Shown piece by piece: positions 48,997 to 60,021 of a DNA stretch of 64,000 nucleotides. Origin of the DNA: Candidatus Bathyarchaeia archaeon (lineage in GTDB: Archaea; Thermoproteota; Bathyarchaeia; Bathyarchaeales; Bathycorpusculaceae); NCBI GenBank assembly GCA_050015395.1, contig JBEKBM010000017.1, positions 1 through 64,000 on the forward strand, read 5' to 3'. A program made the position numbers and the translations under genes. The stretch's first letter is position 1; each line of letters starts with the position of its first letter. The notes beneath the pieces were generated by a model that was not told where the DNA came from, ran no database searches, and was given only the letters and a program-made list of their open reading frames with translations.

Positions 48997-49102
48997 AGTA
49001 CATTGTTGTCTAAGAACAGTTTTTAACACTTACCTTTTTTTTAACTTATAGTTAGACAGAATAGAAACAAAAAATTGAGCGGAAGAGTTTTTGCCCTTTT
49101 TG

Positions 49103-49609
49103 CTACTTGATTTCTTTCTCTTCTGGCTCTTGGAAGAGTTTCTTGATTGCGCTGATTCTTGCTTTCTGCGCCAGCACGTCGCTTGTGACTAGTGTTAATG
49201 CTTCTTCAGGGCACCATTTGATGCATTGTGGGCCGTCGGCTTTTTCTTTGCATAGGTCGCAAACGTAGACTACTTTGGTTTCAGGATGCAGCATTATGGC
49301 GCCGTAGTCGCATGCTTCGATGCACCAGCCGCAACCGTTGCATTTGTCTTTGTCGAGGATTATTGTTCCTGTTTCTTCTGACTGAGTAAGCGCGTCTCTT
49401 GGGCAAGCTGCTACGCAAGCTGGATCTTCGCAGAGTCTGCATGTAACCGACATGTTGGCTAACTGGTTAACGCGCACAACACGGATGCGTGACTTAAGCG
49501 GGTTGAAGGCTTTCTCCTTCGTGAATGAGCAAGCGTACTCGCAGACTTGGCAGCCCACGCATTTTTCTGGGTCAACTGAAACAAATTTTCTATCATGAAT
49601 CTTTACCAT
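49103..49609 (-). CDS. 4Fe-4S dicluster subunit (AOR-associated)
   Basis: Four CxxCxxC-type clusters. Confidence 0.9.
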   Translation of the reverse strand: MVKIHDRKFVSVDPEKCVGCQVCEYACSFTKEKAFNPLKSRIRVVRVNQLANMSVTCRLCEDPACVAACPRDALTQSEETGTIILDKDKCNGCGWCIEACDYGAIMLHPETKVVYVCDLCKEKADGPQCIKWCPEEALTLVTSDVLAQKARISAIKKLFQEPEEKEIK

Positions 49610-49612
49610 TTT

Positions 49613-51484
49613 TTATGCCCCTTTCCCTTCTATTATGTTGAATAAGTCTTCCATTCCCAGTTTGTCTAGTTGAGATTTTGTAGGTATACCGTCTGCTGTC
49701 CAACCGCGTGATTGATAATAATCATCCAGCAACAAGTCAAGTTCATCTTGGGTTATCATGGCGCCTTTTGCTGGTCCATCGTCAGGGATTGGCTTGTTCA
49801 TAACTTTCCATGGCAACGTGTCATCCTTGCGGCTTAATCCTTCTCTAACGTTAATTAGCCGTGCAAGAGTGTTTATCCTTTGGCCGGCAAGGCTGAGTTC
49901 TTCAGACGTCATCTCGTAGCCCGTTACTAAAGTGTAGAGCTTTGCCATATCAGCTAGTTCCTTATAGAAGGTACCTTTGGCATTCTTGCAGACGATGAGT
50001 GAATCAAGCAACGCGTAAACATCTTCTGAATCTTTGACAAGTTTACCGCGACCCTTTTCAGCTTTCAAACGATCAACTTTACCCGTCATGTCAAACGCGT
50101 AAGCGCCGCTTCGGTTATGGTCTGCTCCTCGGAACGAGACTGCAAAGCCTAAAGCGGCAGTTTTGAGGCATCGTAAATCATAGCCTGTGACTTCCAAGCC
50201 CTTAATGTTTTGAGCAAGCTTATCGGAGCCTTTGCCGATTTTTTCTGCAGCTACTTTTACACCGTCAGCGAGAACATCGCCGATTCCTTCCCGTTTGCCC
50301 ATCTTCTCTATAAGTTGCAGGAGCGCTTCTGCGTTACCAAAGTGAGCGTCAATCCCACCAAGATTCTCATGGGAGAGGATGCCCGTTTCATGGCAGTCCA
50401 TTACGAAACTTACGGTTACACCTGTGCTTTGCGCGTCAAGACCATAGTAGTTGCAGAGTTCAGCAGCTTTTATTATCGCATCAAGTCTATCTACACCACA
50501 GTTTGGTCCAAGCGCCCACAAATTGTCATATTCCATTCGTGCCATAGTTCCCTTGTAGGGTCCGTCGCGAACCACAGCTTCATGTTCGCACCGCATGGCG
50601 CACGAGTTGCAAGCGATTATTTTTGCGATGTACCGCTCGTTTAAAGTTTCGCCGCTTACTTTTACAGCGTTCTCAAAATGAGCATTATTATAGTTGCGTG
50701 TGGGCATGCAGTACAAAGCGTTTTGAATCATGACGTTTTCGGCTGACCCTAAAGTTCGGTATTTCTGAGCTGCAGGTCCCTTCATTCTTTCATGGAATTC
50801 TTTCACCATTTCCATGAATTCGTCAGGCTTGGCGACAATAATGTCGCGGGTTCCTCGAACAGCGATTGCTTTAAGGTTCTTGGAGCCCATAACTGCGCCT
50901 AATCCTGTTCTTCCAGCAGCACGAGTTTTCTCGTTAATTATGCTAGCTATTTTTGATAGTTTTTCACCAGCTAAACCTATAGATGCTACACGTACGTAGT
51001 AATCGCCAATTTCATCTTTAATTGCGTCTTCGGTTTCAGATGGTGATTTGCCCCAGATTTGTTCGGCGTCAAGTAATTGGACTGAATCATCATCGATCCA
51101 TAAGTAAACAGGTCTTTCAGCTTTCCCAGTTAAAATAACCGCGTCATATCCAGCTCTTTTTATTTCTGCGCCAAAAGTGCCGTGGCTTACTGCTTCCCCG
51201 ACACCGTTGGTGGCTGGTGATTTTGATATGAATGCATGCCCGTTTCCGCCTGTTGGAAACATTGTTCCTGAAACTGGACCGACTGCTAAAACTAGTGGAT
51301 TGTCAGGGTTGAATGCGTCAACGCCTGCTTTTGAATTGGCTAGCCATAGTTTCATGCCTAATCCTATGCCGCCAACGTATTTTTTGGCAGTTTCCTCGTC
51401 TAGTTTTTCAAGGCGAGTTTTGCCTGTGGTTAAGTCAACGCGTAAAACTCTTCCTGCGTAACCAAGCAAACATTGTTCCTCCAT
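49613..51484 (-). CDS. aor: Tungsten aldehyde:ferredoxin oxidoreductase family protein
   Basis: SPAT, AGRTGLGAVMGSKNLKAI, CNSC..C, YGLD, DSLIVC. Confidence 0.93.
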   Translation of the reverse strand: MEEQCLLGYAGRVLRVDLTTGKTRLEKLDEETAKKYVGGIGLGMKLWLANSKAGVDAFNPDNPLVLAVGPVSGTMFPTGGNGHAFISKSPATNGVGEAVSHGTFGAEIKRAGYDAVILTGKAERPVYLWIDDDSVQLLDAEQIWGKSPSETEDAIKDEIGDYYVRVASIGLAGEKLSKIASIINEKTRAAGRTGLGAVMGSKNLKAIAVRGTRDIIVAKPDEFMEMVKEFHERMKGPAAQKYRTLGSAENVMIQNALYCMPTRNYNNAHFENAVKVSGETLNERYIAKIIACNSCAMRCEHEAVVRDGPYKGTMARMEYDNLWALGPNCGVDRLDAIIKAAELCNYYGLDAQSTGVTVSFVMDCHETGILSHENLGGIDAHFGNAEALLQLIEKMGKREGIGDVLADGVKVAAEKIGKGSDKLAQNIKGLEVTGYDLRCLKTAALGFAVSFRGADHNRSGAYAFDMTGKVDRLKAEKGRGKLVKDSEDVYALLDSLIVCKNAKGTFYKELADMAKLYTLVTGYEMTSEELSLAGQRINTLARLINVREGLSRKDDTLPWKVMNKPIPDDGPAKGAMITQDELDLLLDDYYQSRGWTADGIPTKSQLDKLGMEDLFNIIEGKGA

Positions 51485-51706
51485 TATTTTTAAAGTTATT
51501 AGTCAGTTGAAAAGTATATTAACTTAATGGGTTTCTAATTTGGAAATTCACGGCTAAAATGGAGTCTTCTGCTTGCCGTCATGTACAAACAGTCATAACG
51601 GTTTTCTTGGCTATTGCAGGTTAAAGCTTCATTTGAATAGAGAAAAAAGATATCAGATACCCCCGCTTAATTCCTTTGTATCTACAACTCGGCACCGGAT
51701 TGAAAA

Positions 51707-51994
51707 ATGAGGATAAAAGTTCACTATATCAGCTTGGTTAAAAGCTTTACAAAAACAAGCCAAGACGAATTCGACCTAAAAGAAGCTACCCTGCTATCAG
51801 ATGTGCTATACAAAGTCGCTGAGAAATATGGGAAACCGTTCACCCAAGAAGTTTACGACCCAGACCGGAAAGAAATGAAATCAACCTTTGTAGCAATGGT
51901 TAACGGCGTCTTAATGGACCAATTAAAAGGCGTTAACACACCGCTAAAAGACGGCGACAACATAATATTAATGTCGCTCATGACAGGCGGATAA
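51707..51994 (+). CDS. MoaD/ThiS (SAMP) sulfur carrier
   Basis: VNG..LKDGD..C-terminal GG. Confidence 0.9.
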   Translation: MRIKVHYISLVKSFTKTSQDEFDLKEATLLSDVLYKVAEKYGKPFTQEVYDPDRKEMKSTFVAMVNGVLMDQLKGVNTPLKDGDNIILMSLMTGG

Positions 51995-52155
51995 AAACAC
52001 TCGTTCTATCGTTGCAAGCGGTTTTTCCTACGAGTAAAAGGCAATCAGGAACTGTTTTTGGCGATTACACGTCCACTAGGGTAACAGCTTAGCGTTTAAA
52101 GCGCAAGAAAAATGTTATAAACAAAAGCAAATGATATAAAAATTGAGAGTTACTC

Positions 52156-52668
52156 ATGCAAAAAAAGCCAGAGGAAAAGCCCGACCTAACAAAAGTGAAC
52201 TCAACTTTAGCAGCGAAAATTTTAATTGCGATAAAGGCTCACGCAATTGTTCCACATTTATTAAAAACCGCAGCGCCACCATCAAAATACGAATTGTTAG
52301 GGCAGAAATTAAACTCATACAAAAATGCCGTTGATTCTAAACTTAAAGAAACTCGCGACAAGGCAATTATAAACTTGGTTTTCATAACTGCAACATTTGT
52401 CTTTCTAATTTTGGCGATTGTTTTCTCAAATTTAGCGAGTCTTGTTGGTTCAGTCGGCTTGGGAACCACAAGTGTAGTAGCCCAGACGACAAGTTGGAAG
52501 GATACTTTGATAGCTTACGTTACTGATAGCGGGACGTTAAAAAGACAGGTGGAATATCTTGAAGGCGAGTATAAGAGCTGCGATCCTAGCGATGACGCTC
52601 AAGTGAAAAAGATTGACGATATGATTGAAAGCGATTTTGGGGCTCTCGACAAAGCTCAAGCAGCCTAA
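52156..52668 (+). CDS. Hypothetical membrane protein
   Basis: Central hydrophobic hairpin flanked by coiled-coil-like segments. Confidence 0.6.
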   Translation: MQKKPEEKPDLTKVNSTLAAKILIAIKAHAIVPHLLKTAAPPSKYELLGQKLNSYKNAVDSKLKETRDKAIINLVFITATFVFLILAIVFSNLASLVGSVGLGTTSVVAQTTSWKDTLIAYVTDSGTLKRQVEYLEGEYKSCDPSDDAQVKKIDDMIESDFGALDKAQAA

Positions 52669-52764
52669 TCCAAATTCACCCTATTTTCCAAGTACTTTTG
52701 ACTACCGCCGACCCCCCGATTAAGTTAAACGTTACATAACATTTTACTTTCAAACCAGACACCC

Positions 52765-53403
52765 GTGAAGAGCATGGATAAAAGCGAAAAATCCAAAACC
52801 GTCTACTGGCTAGACAACAAGCTTTACCTAAACATAACTAATCAGTGCTCAAACTGCTGCTTTTTCTGCCTCAAACGCTACAAGCGCGGCGTCGGCGGCT
52901 TCAACCTTAAACTAGCTGAGGAGCCGAGCATTGCCCAAATCACGGGTGAGCTTGGCGAGGTTTTGAACATGAGAAGTTGGAATGAATTGGTTTTCTGTGG
53001 TTTTGGCGAGCCAACGGAGAGGTTGGATGTTTTGTTGGAGATTGCGCGGTGGGCAAGGCAGCATTATGGCAGGCCACTGAGAATCCGAGTTAACACGAAC
53101 GGACATGGTTACGTTCGTAATAGGGGCAGGGATGTGGCGGCTGAGTTAAAGGCTGCTGGCGTTGATGCAGTAAGCGTCAGCTTAAACGCTGGCGACAGGG
53201 AAACCTACATGGAAATTTGCAAGCCAACTTTCGCTGATGCCTACGAAGCAGTGATTGATTTCATAAGAAAAGCCAAGCCTGTGCTCGAAGTTGAGGTTAC
53301 AGCGGTAAGAATGCCCGAAGTAGACATAGCAAAAGCTGAGGCTGTGGCTGATGGTTTGGGTGTTAAGTTTAGGGTTAGAGAGTATATTCCTTGCTTCTAC
53401 TGA
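52765..53403 (+). CDS. TatD-associated radical SAM protein
   Basis: YLNITNQCSNCCFFC, VFCGFGEPT, NTNG, FRVREY. Confidence 0.9.
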   Translation: MKSMDKSEKSKTVYWLDNKLYLNITNQCSNCCFFCLKRYKRGVGGFNLKLAEEPSIAQITGELGEVLNMRSWNELVFCGFGEPTERLDVLLEIARWARQHYGRPLRIRVNTNGHGYVRNRGRDVAAELKAAGVDAVSVSLNAGDRETYMEICKPTFADAYEAVIDFIRKAKPVLEVEVTAVRMPEVDIAKAEAVADGLGVKFRVREYIPCFY

Positions 53404-53583
53404 CAGATTGACGCCATGGGCGAGTCTAAGCTTAAATGTTTAATTTATGCAATTACAGAAACTTAACTTCAAAAGATTTGATAGCGGCGGATTGAAAAAG
53501 CGTTCTTGTAAGAGCGATAATGGTAAAATATATATTATTTGTTAACAAGATATTTCTTAATTGTGTTGAATGAGGAATAAACA

Positions 53584-54570
53584 ATGGTTTCTCTTAGATC
53601 ATTAGCCCCATCATTAACAAGAATAACAGTCGCAGCAGCAATAGGCGCTGCTTTGCATGTTGGTCAAGGCGACTGTGACTTAATCGATGCAAAAGCCATT
53701 GAATATTCAAGAGCAGTCCTTGCCCAAACAGATGTAGAAGGCGAAGTAATCTGCTGCGAAGGACCAAAAGACCACGCGCCATCATTTGAACACCGCGAAA
53801 AAGTCGGAACAGGCGGAGGACCCAAAGTAGAGTTCATTATTGATCCAGTTGACGGAACCACAGCCGCCAGCAAAGGCAGAAAAGACGCCATAGCCGCATT
53901 GGCATGTGCGCCACCAGGATGCTTCCAAGTTTTGCCCGATGACGGCTACTACTTTAAAATTGCCACAGACTACCATTCAATAGGCAAAATATCCCTAGAC
54001 ATGTCCATTGAAGAAATTGTGCACAATGTAGCCCATGAAAAAAAGCTCTCCCTACCTAACTTCACTGTCATCATGCTGGAACGCGACCGCCACAACGAAA
54101 TCCTCGCCCAACTCAGAAAACTCGGAGTACGAATTTTACTCATCCCAGACGGAGACATCGCAGCCGCAGTAGTCAGCTGCCAACCGAACAGCGGAGTCGA
54201 CTTGCTGATTGGCGCTGGCGCAGGACCTGAAGCCACCATAGCCGCAACAGCAGTAAAGATTCTCGGCGGAACCATGCTCGCCAACGTTTGGCGGGACAAA
54301 AAAGATGACCCAAAACGCTTAGAACGTTTAAAGAAAACTGGGGTTGATGTGGATAAAACTTACAACCAAGATGAACTTGCCAAAGGCAAAGAACTAGTGT
54401 TTGCAGCTTCAGGTGTCACTAAGGGCGAACTGTTAGATGGCGTAAGAATAATTTCTGGTGGCGCAGTTGTCTATTCAATTTGCATGCGGTTGCCAAGCGG
54501 AACCCAAGAGAAATCTGAAACTACATTGCGGTTCAAGGATCACCCGGTTTACCAGCAGTTCCAGCCATAA
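53584..54570 (+). CDS. glpX: Fructose-1,6-bisphosphatase class II family
   Basis: EG.KD.AP, DPVDGT, DGD, G.PE, GVT.G.LL.GV. Confidence 0.88.
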   Translation: MVSLRSLAPSLTRITVAAAIGAALHVGQGDCDLIDAKAIEYSRAVLAQTDVEGEVICCEGPKDHAPSFEHREKVGTGGGPKVEFIIDPVDGTTAASKGRKDAIAALACAPPGCFQVLPDDGYYFKIATDYHSIGKISLDMSIEEIVHNVAHEKKLSLPNFTVIMLERDRHNEILAQLRKLGVRILLIPDGDIAAAVVSCQPNSGVDLLIGAGAGPEATIAATAVKILGGTMLANVWRDKKDDPKRLERLKKTGVDVDKTYNQDELAKGKELVFAASGVTKGELLDGVRIISGGAVVYSICMRLPSGTQEKSETTLRFKDHPVYQQFQP

Positions 54571-54600
54571 TCCTTCTTTTCTTTAGTAGAAGGCGTATTG

Positions 54601-55023
54601 TTATAGTGGCATGAACATTGCTCGTACTTGTTGGATCCCATGCATGCCTCTTAGTCGGTTAATTAAGTTAAGTATTCTATCGTTGTTTCCTTCAGCGACG
54701 AATATTTCTACGCAGTATTTTCCATTTATGTGTCTGTGAACGTTTTCGATGACTACGTCATCAAATTCATGTCGCAACTCTGATATCTTTAAGTCAACAT
54801 CCTTACGTGCATAATCACATGTTGTCATTACAGTGGCAGCCACGTTTCCTGAAGAAAATTTCGCAATTTCAGCTTCTGAGATGAGGTTTCTTATGGCGTC
54901 TCGGAAAGCTTCTGATCTGCTGAAGTATCCTCTTGACTTCATAAATTCGTCAAACTGGTTGAGAAGATCCAACGGTAACGTTATACTTATTACTGTCAAG
55001 GTTGATTCCCCTGTTATTAACAT
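54601..55023 (-). CDS. nikR: NikR-family RHH regulator
   Basis: ISITLP..SRSEAFRDA, H..HRH..C metal ligands. Confidence 0.85.
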   Translation of the reverse strand: MLITGESTLTVISITLPLDLLNQFDEFMKSRGYFSRSEAFRDAIRNLISEAEIAKFSSGNVAATVMTTCDYARKDVDLKISELRHEFDDVVIENVHRHINGKYCVEIFVAEGNNDRILNLINRLRGMHGIQQVRAMFMPL

Positions 55024-55035
55024 TCAAGAGAATAG

Positions 55036-55053
55036 TTAATATCTGGATATTAA
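55036..55053. promoter_or_regulatory. Palindrome in the nikR/ATPase divergent promoter
   Basis: TTAATATC-TG-GATATTAA. Confidence 0.5.
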
Positions 55054-55115
55054 TTTTTGCCATCATCTTAGCACTATCTTAATATTTTCTCAGCCTTTTT
55101 CTTTAAAAGATAACA

Positions 55116-57080
55116 ATGACTACTGAAGAAGAGAAAATCTGCCTAGAAAAGCCAGGGCAGAAAGAAGCAGAGGAACATGAAAATAAACGTGTAATGATTT
55201 TCTTCGCGATTTTACTAGGCTTAACTGTTCTCGTAGGCGGTTTACTGGACTTTTTCTTTGCAGGGGTTCCCCTTAACTTCACCTTACCGATTATAAATGT
55301 TCGAGCAACCTTAAGCACGATTTTGTACTATGCGTCTGTTCTCTTTGCTTCCACGTACATTGGTATAATGGGTTTTAGAGAGCTGTTTGTTGAAAAAAGA
55401 TTTTCTGTCGAATTTTTGATGGCTGCCGCAGCGCTAGGCGCCTTGTACCTAAACGCGCGATTCGAAGCGGCAACGGTACTTTTTCTTTATTCTATCGCTG
55501 AATACTTTGAAGGCTACATTGAGGACAGAGCGCGCCGAACAGTTGAGAAATTATCAAAGTTCATGCCAGACCAAGCCAGAATCGTAACGGATGGAACGGA
55601 AAAAACTGTTAACGTCAACGAAGTCGAGCCTAACATGACTTTGCTTGTGAGACCCGGCGAGCGGATACCTTTAGACGGCAACGTTGTTGACGGTTTCTCA
55701 CATGTTGACCAAGCCATAGTCACCGGTGAATCCGTGCCTGTCACCAAGAAAGTGAACGATTGCGTTTATGCTGGCACATTAAACATGAGTGGCGTTCTAA
55801 AGATAGCTGTCACAAAAAAGGCCAGTGAAACTCTTGTCTCAAGGATTATGGTGCTTGTGGCTCAATCGGGCAAAAGAAAGGCATCCATGGAAAAACTTGT
55901 TGACCGATTCGCAAAAATTTATGTTCCAATAGTTATCGTGTTAGCCGTTTTAACCGCTGCTTTGCCAACGTTGATCGCTGGCATGTCTTTTCACGTGTGG
56001 CTATATCGTTCGCTTATTCTTCTTGTGGTTTCTTGCCCAAGCGCCTTCATTATTTCGGTTCCTGCAACAGTCCTTGTAGCCATAACAATCGCGGCTAGAA
56101 GAGGAGTCATAATCAAGGGTGGAATCTATGTTGAAAAATTAGCTAAAGTAAAACGAGTGGTTTTTGACAAAACAGGCACATTAACTTTGGGCAGACCAAC
56201 AGTTCATGAAGTAAGACTTGTGCAAAGAACTGAAGAAGACGCGTTGGCTTTGGCTGCGTCACTTGACCAGTTTTCAAATCATCCCGTCGCTCAAGCCATT
56301 GTTAGACGCGCCACGGAAAGAGGCATTGACCTAAGCAAGTTCAAGGTAACCGACGTGGCTGAGGTCCCTGGAAAGGGCATCGTGGGCAACGTTGACGGGA
56401 GTTTTGTGGCGGTTGGCAACTTGGAGTTGATGAAAGATTTCGGTTGCAATTGTAAGGAAGCCTTTGAAATCACTGAAAATGACACCCATACTACAGTTTG
56501 TGTTTCCCTGGGTAAAGAAGGGTTGGCTACAGTTTGCGTTGTTGACCAAGTTAGGGAAGATGCATTAAAAGCAGTGAATGATTTGAAGAAAAATGGCATA
56601 AAAACCGTCATGTTAACTGGCGACAGAACAGAGATTGCCAAGGAAACCGGGGATACATTGCAGATTGACGAGGTCTATGCGGAACTGTTTCCTGAGGATA
56701 AACTGAAGTGTATTGAAGAGATGAAGGGTAAAGACGGGCTAGTAGCAATGGTCGGCGACGGCGTGAATGATGCTCCTGCGCTTGCCGCTTCAGACGTGGG
56801 CATTGCTATGGGTGCAGCGGGGGTTGATGTTGCTTTGGAATCTGCGGATGTGGTGTTGGTAAAAGATGAGTTGGCGCAAATTCCATACCTAATTAAGCTC
56901 AGTAACAAAACGATGACTATTGCAAAACAGAACATCACTGCATCACTTATCATAAAATTAATTTTAGGAGCACTAGGAGTACTCGGCGTGACAGGTTTGC
57001 TGGCAACTGTGATTGCCGGCGACGACGGACTTACAATGCTTCTTTTGCTAAATTCGCTTCGTCTTGAAAGAATAAAATAG
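55116..57080 (+). CDS. Heavy-metal P1B-type ATPase (CPS variant)
   Basis: TGES, SCPS, DKTGTLT, HP, GDGVNDAP. Confidence 0.93.
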   Translation: MTTEEEKICLEKPGQKEAEEHENKRVMIFFAILLGLTVLVGGLLDFFFAGVPLNFTLPIINVRATLSTILYYASVLFASTYIGIMGFRELFVEKRFSVEFLMAAAALGALYLNARFEAATVLFLYSIAEYFEGYIEDRARRTVEKLSKFMPDQARIVTDGTEKTVNVNEVEPNMTLLVRPGERIPLDGNVVDGFSHVDQAIVTGESVPVTKKVNDCVYAGTLNMSGVLKIAVTKKASETLVSRIMVLVAQSGKRKASMEKLVDRFAKIYVPIVIVLAVLTAALPTLIAGMSFHVWLYRSLILLVVSCPSAFIISVPATVLVAITIAARRGVIIKGGIYVEKLAKVKRVVFDKTGTLTLGRPTVHEVRLVQRTEEDALALAASLDQFSNHPVAQAIVRRATERGIDLSKFKVTDVAEVPGKGIVGNVDGSFVAVGNLELMKDFGCNCKEAFEITENDTHTTVCVSLGKEGLATVCVVDQVREDALKAVNDLKKNGIKTVMLTGDRTEIAKETGDTLQIDEVYAELFPEDKLKCIEEMKGKDGLVAMVGDGVNDAPALAASDVGIAMGAAGVDVALESADVVLVKDELAQIPYLIKLSNKTMTIAKQNITASLIIKLILGALGVLGVTGLLATVIAGDDGLTMLLLLNSLRLERIK

Positions 57081-57296
57081 GGTTGCTGAAACGAAATCGC
57101 GACTCATGCAAACCTTATCGGAGATTGAAGTGGGTAAAGCCTTATGCTTTGCCTATCTTGCTCGTTTTTCGGGGTCTTTTTAATTTTGGGCTGTCGCTAA
57201 TTTAGCCCTTTACACTTGTTTTTTACGAAGTTGACTGAGGACTTTCTTGTTATTCAATGAAAAATTAATTAAGGGAAAAAAGTAGTCAGATGAGTC

Positions 57297-57779
57297 ATGC
57301 TTAAGACTTATCCGAAGACTCAGCCTAAAAAGAGCAAGCGTAAGAAGCCTCAGCCTAAGACTCAATCGAAACCAGTGAGCATAACAACGCGGAAATCTTA
57401 CTGGATATCGCTTACGTTATTTACAATTGTTTTTGCTTCTGTTTTCGGATATTTCGTGAACATGTCTTTAGAAAGAATAGTAATGATGCTTGTTACTGTT
57501 CTGTTACTGATAGGCTTTGCATTCCATATAAGATTTAAACCTTCCACTGCAACGGTCAACAAGAGAGCACTATTCATTTTTGTTGGAGCATCCGTCATCG
57601 GTTTCAGCATCTGGGCTGTAATGGTACTTTCCTTAAACGCAACTGAGCTTCAAACGCAAATAGCAAATACAATAGGTGACGATTTCTTTGCCATAACAAG
57701 CCTAATGATTTGCTTGATTTTAGGAGCATTTATAGGTGACTGGATAGGCGAAAAGAGAAACCATTACTTTAGCACTTAA
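57297..57779 (+). CDS. Hypothetical 4-TM membrane protein
   Basis: Basic N-terminus and four TM helices. Confidence 0.7.
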   Translation: MLKTYPKTQPKKSKRKKPQPKTQSKPVSITTRKSYWISLTLFTIVFASVFGYFVNMSLERIVMMLVTVLLLIGFAFHIRFKPSTATVNKRALFIFVGASVIGFSIWAVMVLSLNATELQTQIANTIGDDFFAITSLMICLILGAFIGDWIGEKRNHYFST

Positions 57780-58129
57780 TTTATTATTAAAAAAATACAT
57801 GGTTTCTTATTTTTACATTGCATTGAGCCTTCCCCAGAACTGTTCGGTTGACTTGGCACGCCAGGTATTACAGTTAAACCCGCGTTTTCTTGCCTAAACA
57901 TCAAAAGAAATCTCCAGGGGCTTAATTGAGTGGCTATGATTTAAGGTCTTTTGACTAAAAATCTCGTCCAAAGGACGCATGCAAGCTTGATTGATCTTGT
58001 CCTCTGATTATTGGTTGGTGGAAGAGACAGAATAAGCCGTAATTTTCCATTTTCGGTGCTTTGTCACAGAAACTTTAAGAGCTTAATCATTAAGCATTTT
58101 CTAAAAGACCAACCAAGGATAGACCTGTA

Positions 58130-59008
58130 TTGAAATTTGGAATAATGACTCGGAACATGGAAGCATGGAGCAGCACGCAAGTTCGGGAAGCCTTAACTAA
58201 ACGGGGCATTCCATACGAGTGCTTCACTTTCCCAAAACTTGTTGCAAGACTTGCATACAAACCCTACTTCAAAGTTAACGGCACCAGCATCCTAGACGAT
58301 TTAGACGCGCTTATTATTCGTCCAATTGGGCGCGGTTCACTTGAGGAACTTGTTTTCCGAATGGATATGCTCTACAAGCTTGAACGCCAAGGCTTCTACA
58401 TGGTGAATCCGCCAACTGCAATCGAGCATTGTGTTGACAAGTACGATATTTTGGCTATCCTTGAGGATGTGGGTGTTCCTGTACCGCGGACGTTAGCCAC
58501 TGAAAGCGTAAATGAAGCGCTAAAAGCGTTTTCGGAACTAGGCGGAGACGTGGTAGTTAAACCAGTTTTTGGTTCCAGAGGACAAGGCGCAACTCGCATA
58601 GTTGACGTAGACATCGCTGACACAATTTTCAAAGCAATAACCTTCCATCACGGCGTAATTTACATGCAGGAATTTGTACCTCACGGATACTCAGACATAC
58701 GGGCATTCGTAATCGGCGACCGAGTAGTTGCATCCATGCGCCGCGTAGCTAAAGGCTGGAAAACCAACTACAGTCAAGGAGCCAAACCAGCACCAGCAAA
58801 AATCAGCAAAGAATTCGAAGAATTAGCAGTTAAATCTGCCAAAGCTGTAGGCTGCAAAATAGCAGGAGTAGACATCCTGGAAGGACCCGAAGGACCACGT
58901 ATAGTTGATGTGAACAGTCAGCCGGGATGGAAAGGTTTGCAGGTAGTGACAGAGGTCAACATTGCCGAAGAAATAGTAAGCTTTATGCTATCTGAATTGA
59001 AAAAGTAA
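58130..59008 (+). CDS. RimK-family ATP-grasp ligase (MptN-like)
   Basis: GSLEE..FRMD.L, DK, KP.FGS.G, DIR, W.TN, VNSQPGW. Confidence 0.88.
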   Translation: MKFGIMTRNMEAWSSTQVREALTKRGIPYECFTFPKLVARLAYKPYFKVNGTSILDDLDALIIRPIGRGSLEELVFRMDMLYKLERQGFYMVNPPTAIEHCVDKYDILAILEDVGVPVPRTLATESVNEALKAFSELGGDVVVKPVFGSRGQGATRIVDVDIADTIFKAITFHHGVIYMQEFVPHGYSDIRAFVIGDRVVASMRRVAKGWKTNYSQGAKPAPAKISKEFEELAVKSAKAVGCKIAGVDILEGPEGPRIVDVNSQPGWKGLQVVTEVNIAEEIVSFMLSELKK

Positions 59009-59009
59009 A

Positions 59010-60008
59010 TTATTTTCTAGAAAGAATCAAAGCGTAAGGGTCGTCGGCAACTTGTGGAAAAGATGTTTCTTTTCCCGTTTTTATTAAAACACGTTCTTTA
59101 CTTTCCGTGAATTGCCCCAAAAAACATGCGGAAAGCCCGTTCTTTCTTAATGTTGCTTTCACTTTTTCTTGCGCTTGAGGATCTACAGCAGCCAAAATCG
59201 TGCCCGTTGAAGACGCAGCCAATACTTGTTCATCAATGAACTTAAAGTAATCCTGCAAAGCCAACACTTCCTTGCAGACTGGTATTTTTTCCCAGTTCAC
59301 TCGAAAGCCTACTTTTGACGCTTCTGCCAACTCGTTTAGCGCTGCTACGAATCCTCCTTCAGTAGCATCGTGCATGGCGTGGACACCGCTTATTTCAGCC
59401 AGTTGCATGGCTTCCTTTACGCAGGTTTGCATGTGAACTTGCTTGGAAAGGTTTTCTTGCTGCTCAACCCCGAAGAGCTTTTGCGCGAATACTTTGTCTG
59501 TGAGCGAGAAATTAGTGGCTGTTTCTAAACCAAGCGGCTTAGTGCATAATATTAGATCTCCCGGCTTAGCGTTTCCTGGCGTAATCAGCTTTTCAGGTTG
59601 AACCGACCCATAAACCGTTGCGACGCCAAGCAAGTCTGAAAGACTATCGTACATGCCTGTGTGTCCTCGAACGATGGCTATGTTCAGTTCGTCTGCTGCC
59701 CTGCATGTTTGCTCCATTATTTTTTGGAAAGTGGCTGGTTTAGTTGATAGTGGTCCTAAGAGGTTAATGGTGCAGAATTCTGGTTTAGCTCCGGAAAGTG
59801 CTACATCTGAAGCAGCATAGTTGATTAGTAGCCAGCCGAACCATTCTTCTGGGACGCCAGTGCATGGGTCACTAGCAACTACCATGTATTTGCCGTCTAA
59901 GAGGTGCACGCCTGAATCGTAGCCAATCGTGGGCGGAATGATAACTCGTGAATCCTTCTTTATGCAGCTTAACAGTGTTTTCAGTTCCTTGTTGGACAGT
60001 TTTCCCAT
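59010..60008 (-). CDS. AIR synthase (PurM/ThiL/HypE) superfamily protein
   Basis: DP.T, SDVA..GA.P, GHT, HDATEGG. Confidence 0.88.
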   Translation of the reverse strand: MGKLSNKELKTLLSCIKKDSRVIIPPTIGYDSGVHLLDGKYMVVASDPCTGVPEEWFGWLLINYAASDVALSGAKPEFCTINLLGPLSTKPATFQKIMEQTCRAADELNIAIVRGHTGMYDSLSDLLGVATVYGSVQPEKLITPGNAKPGDLILCTKPLGLETATNFSLTDKVFAQKLFGVEQQENLSKQVHMQTCVKEAMQLAEISGVHAMHDATEGGFVAALNELAEASKVGFRVNWEKIPVCKEVLALQDYFKFIDEQVLAASSTGTILAAVDPQAQEKVKATLRKNGLSACFLGQFTESKERVLIKTGKETSFPQVADDPYALILSRK

Positions 60009-60021
60009 GTTTCTTTGAACC

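Noticed and set aside
57857-57873. Reverse-complement match to the repeat's left end (ACCTGGCGTG)
   Set aside because: Only about 10 bp exact; could be chance.
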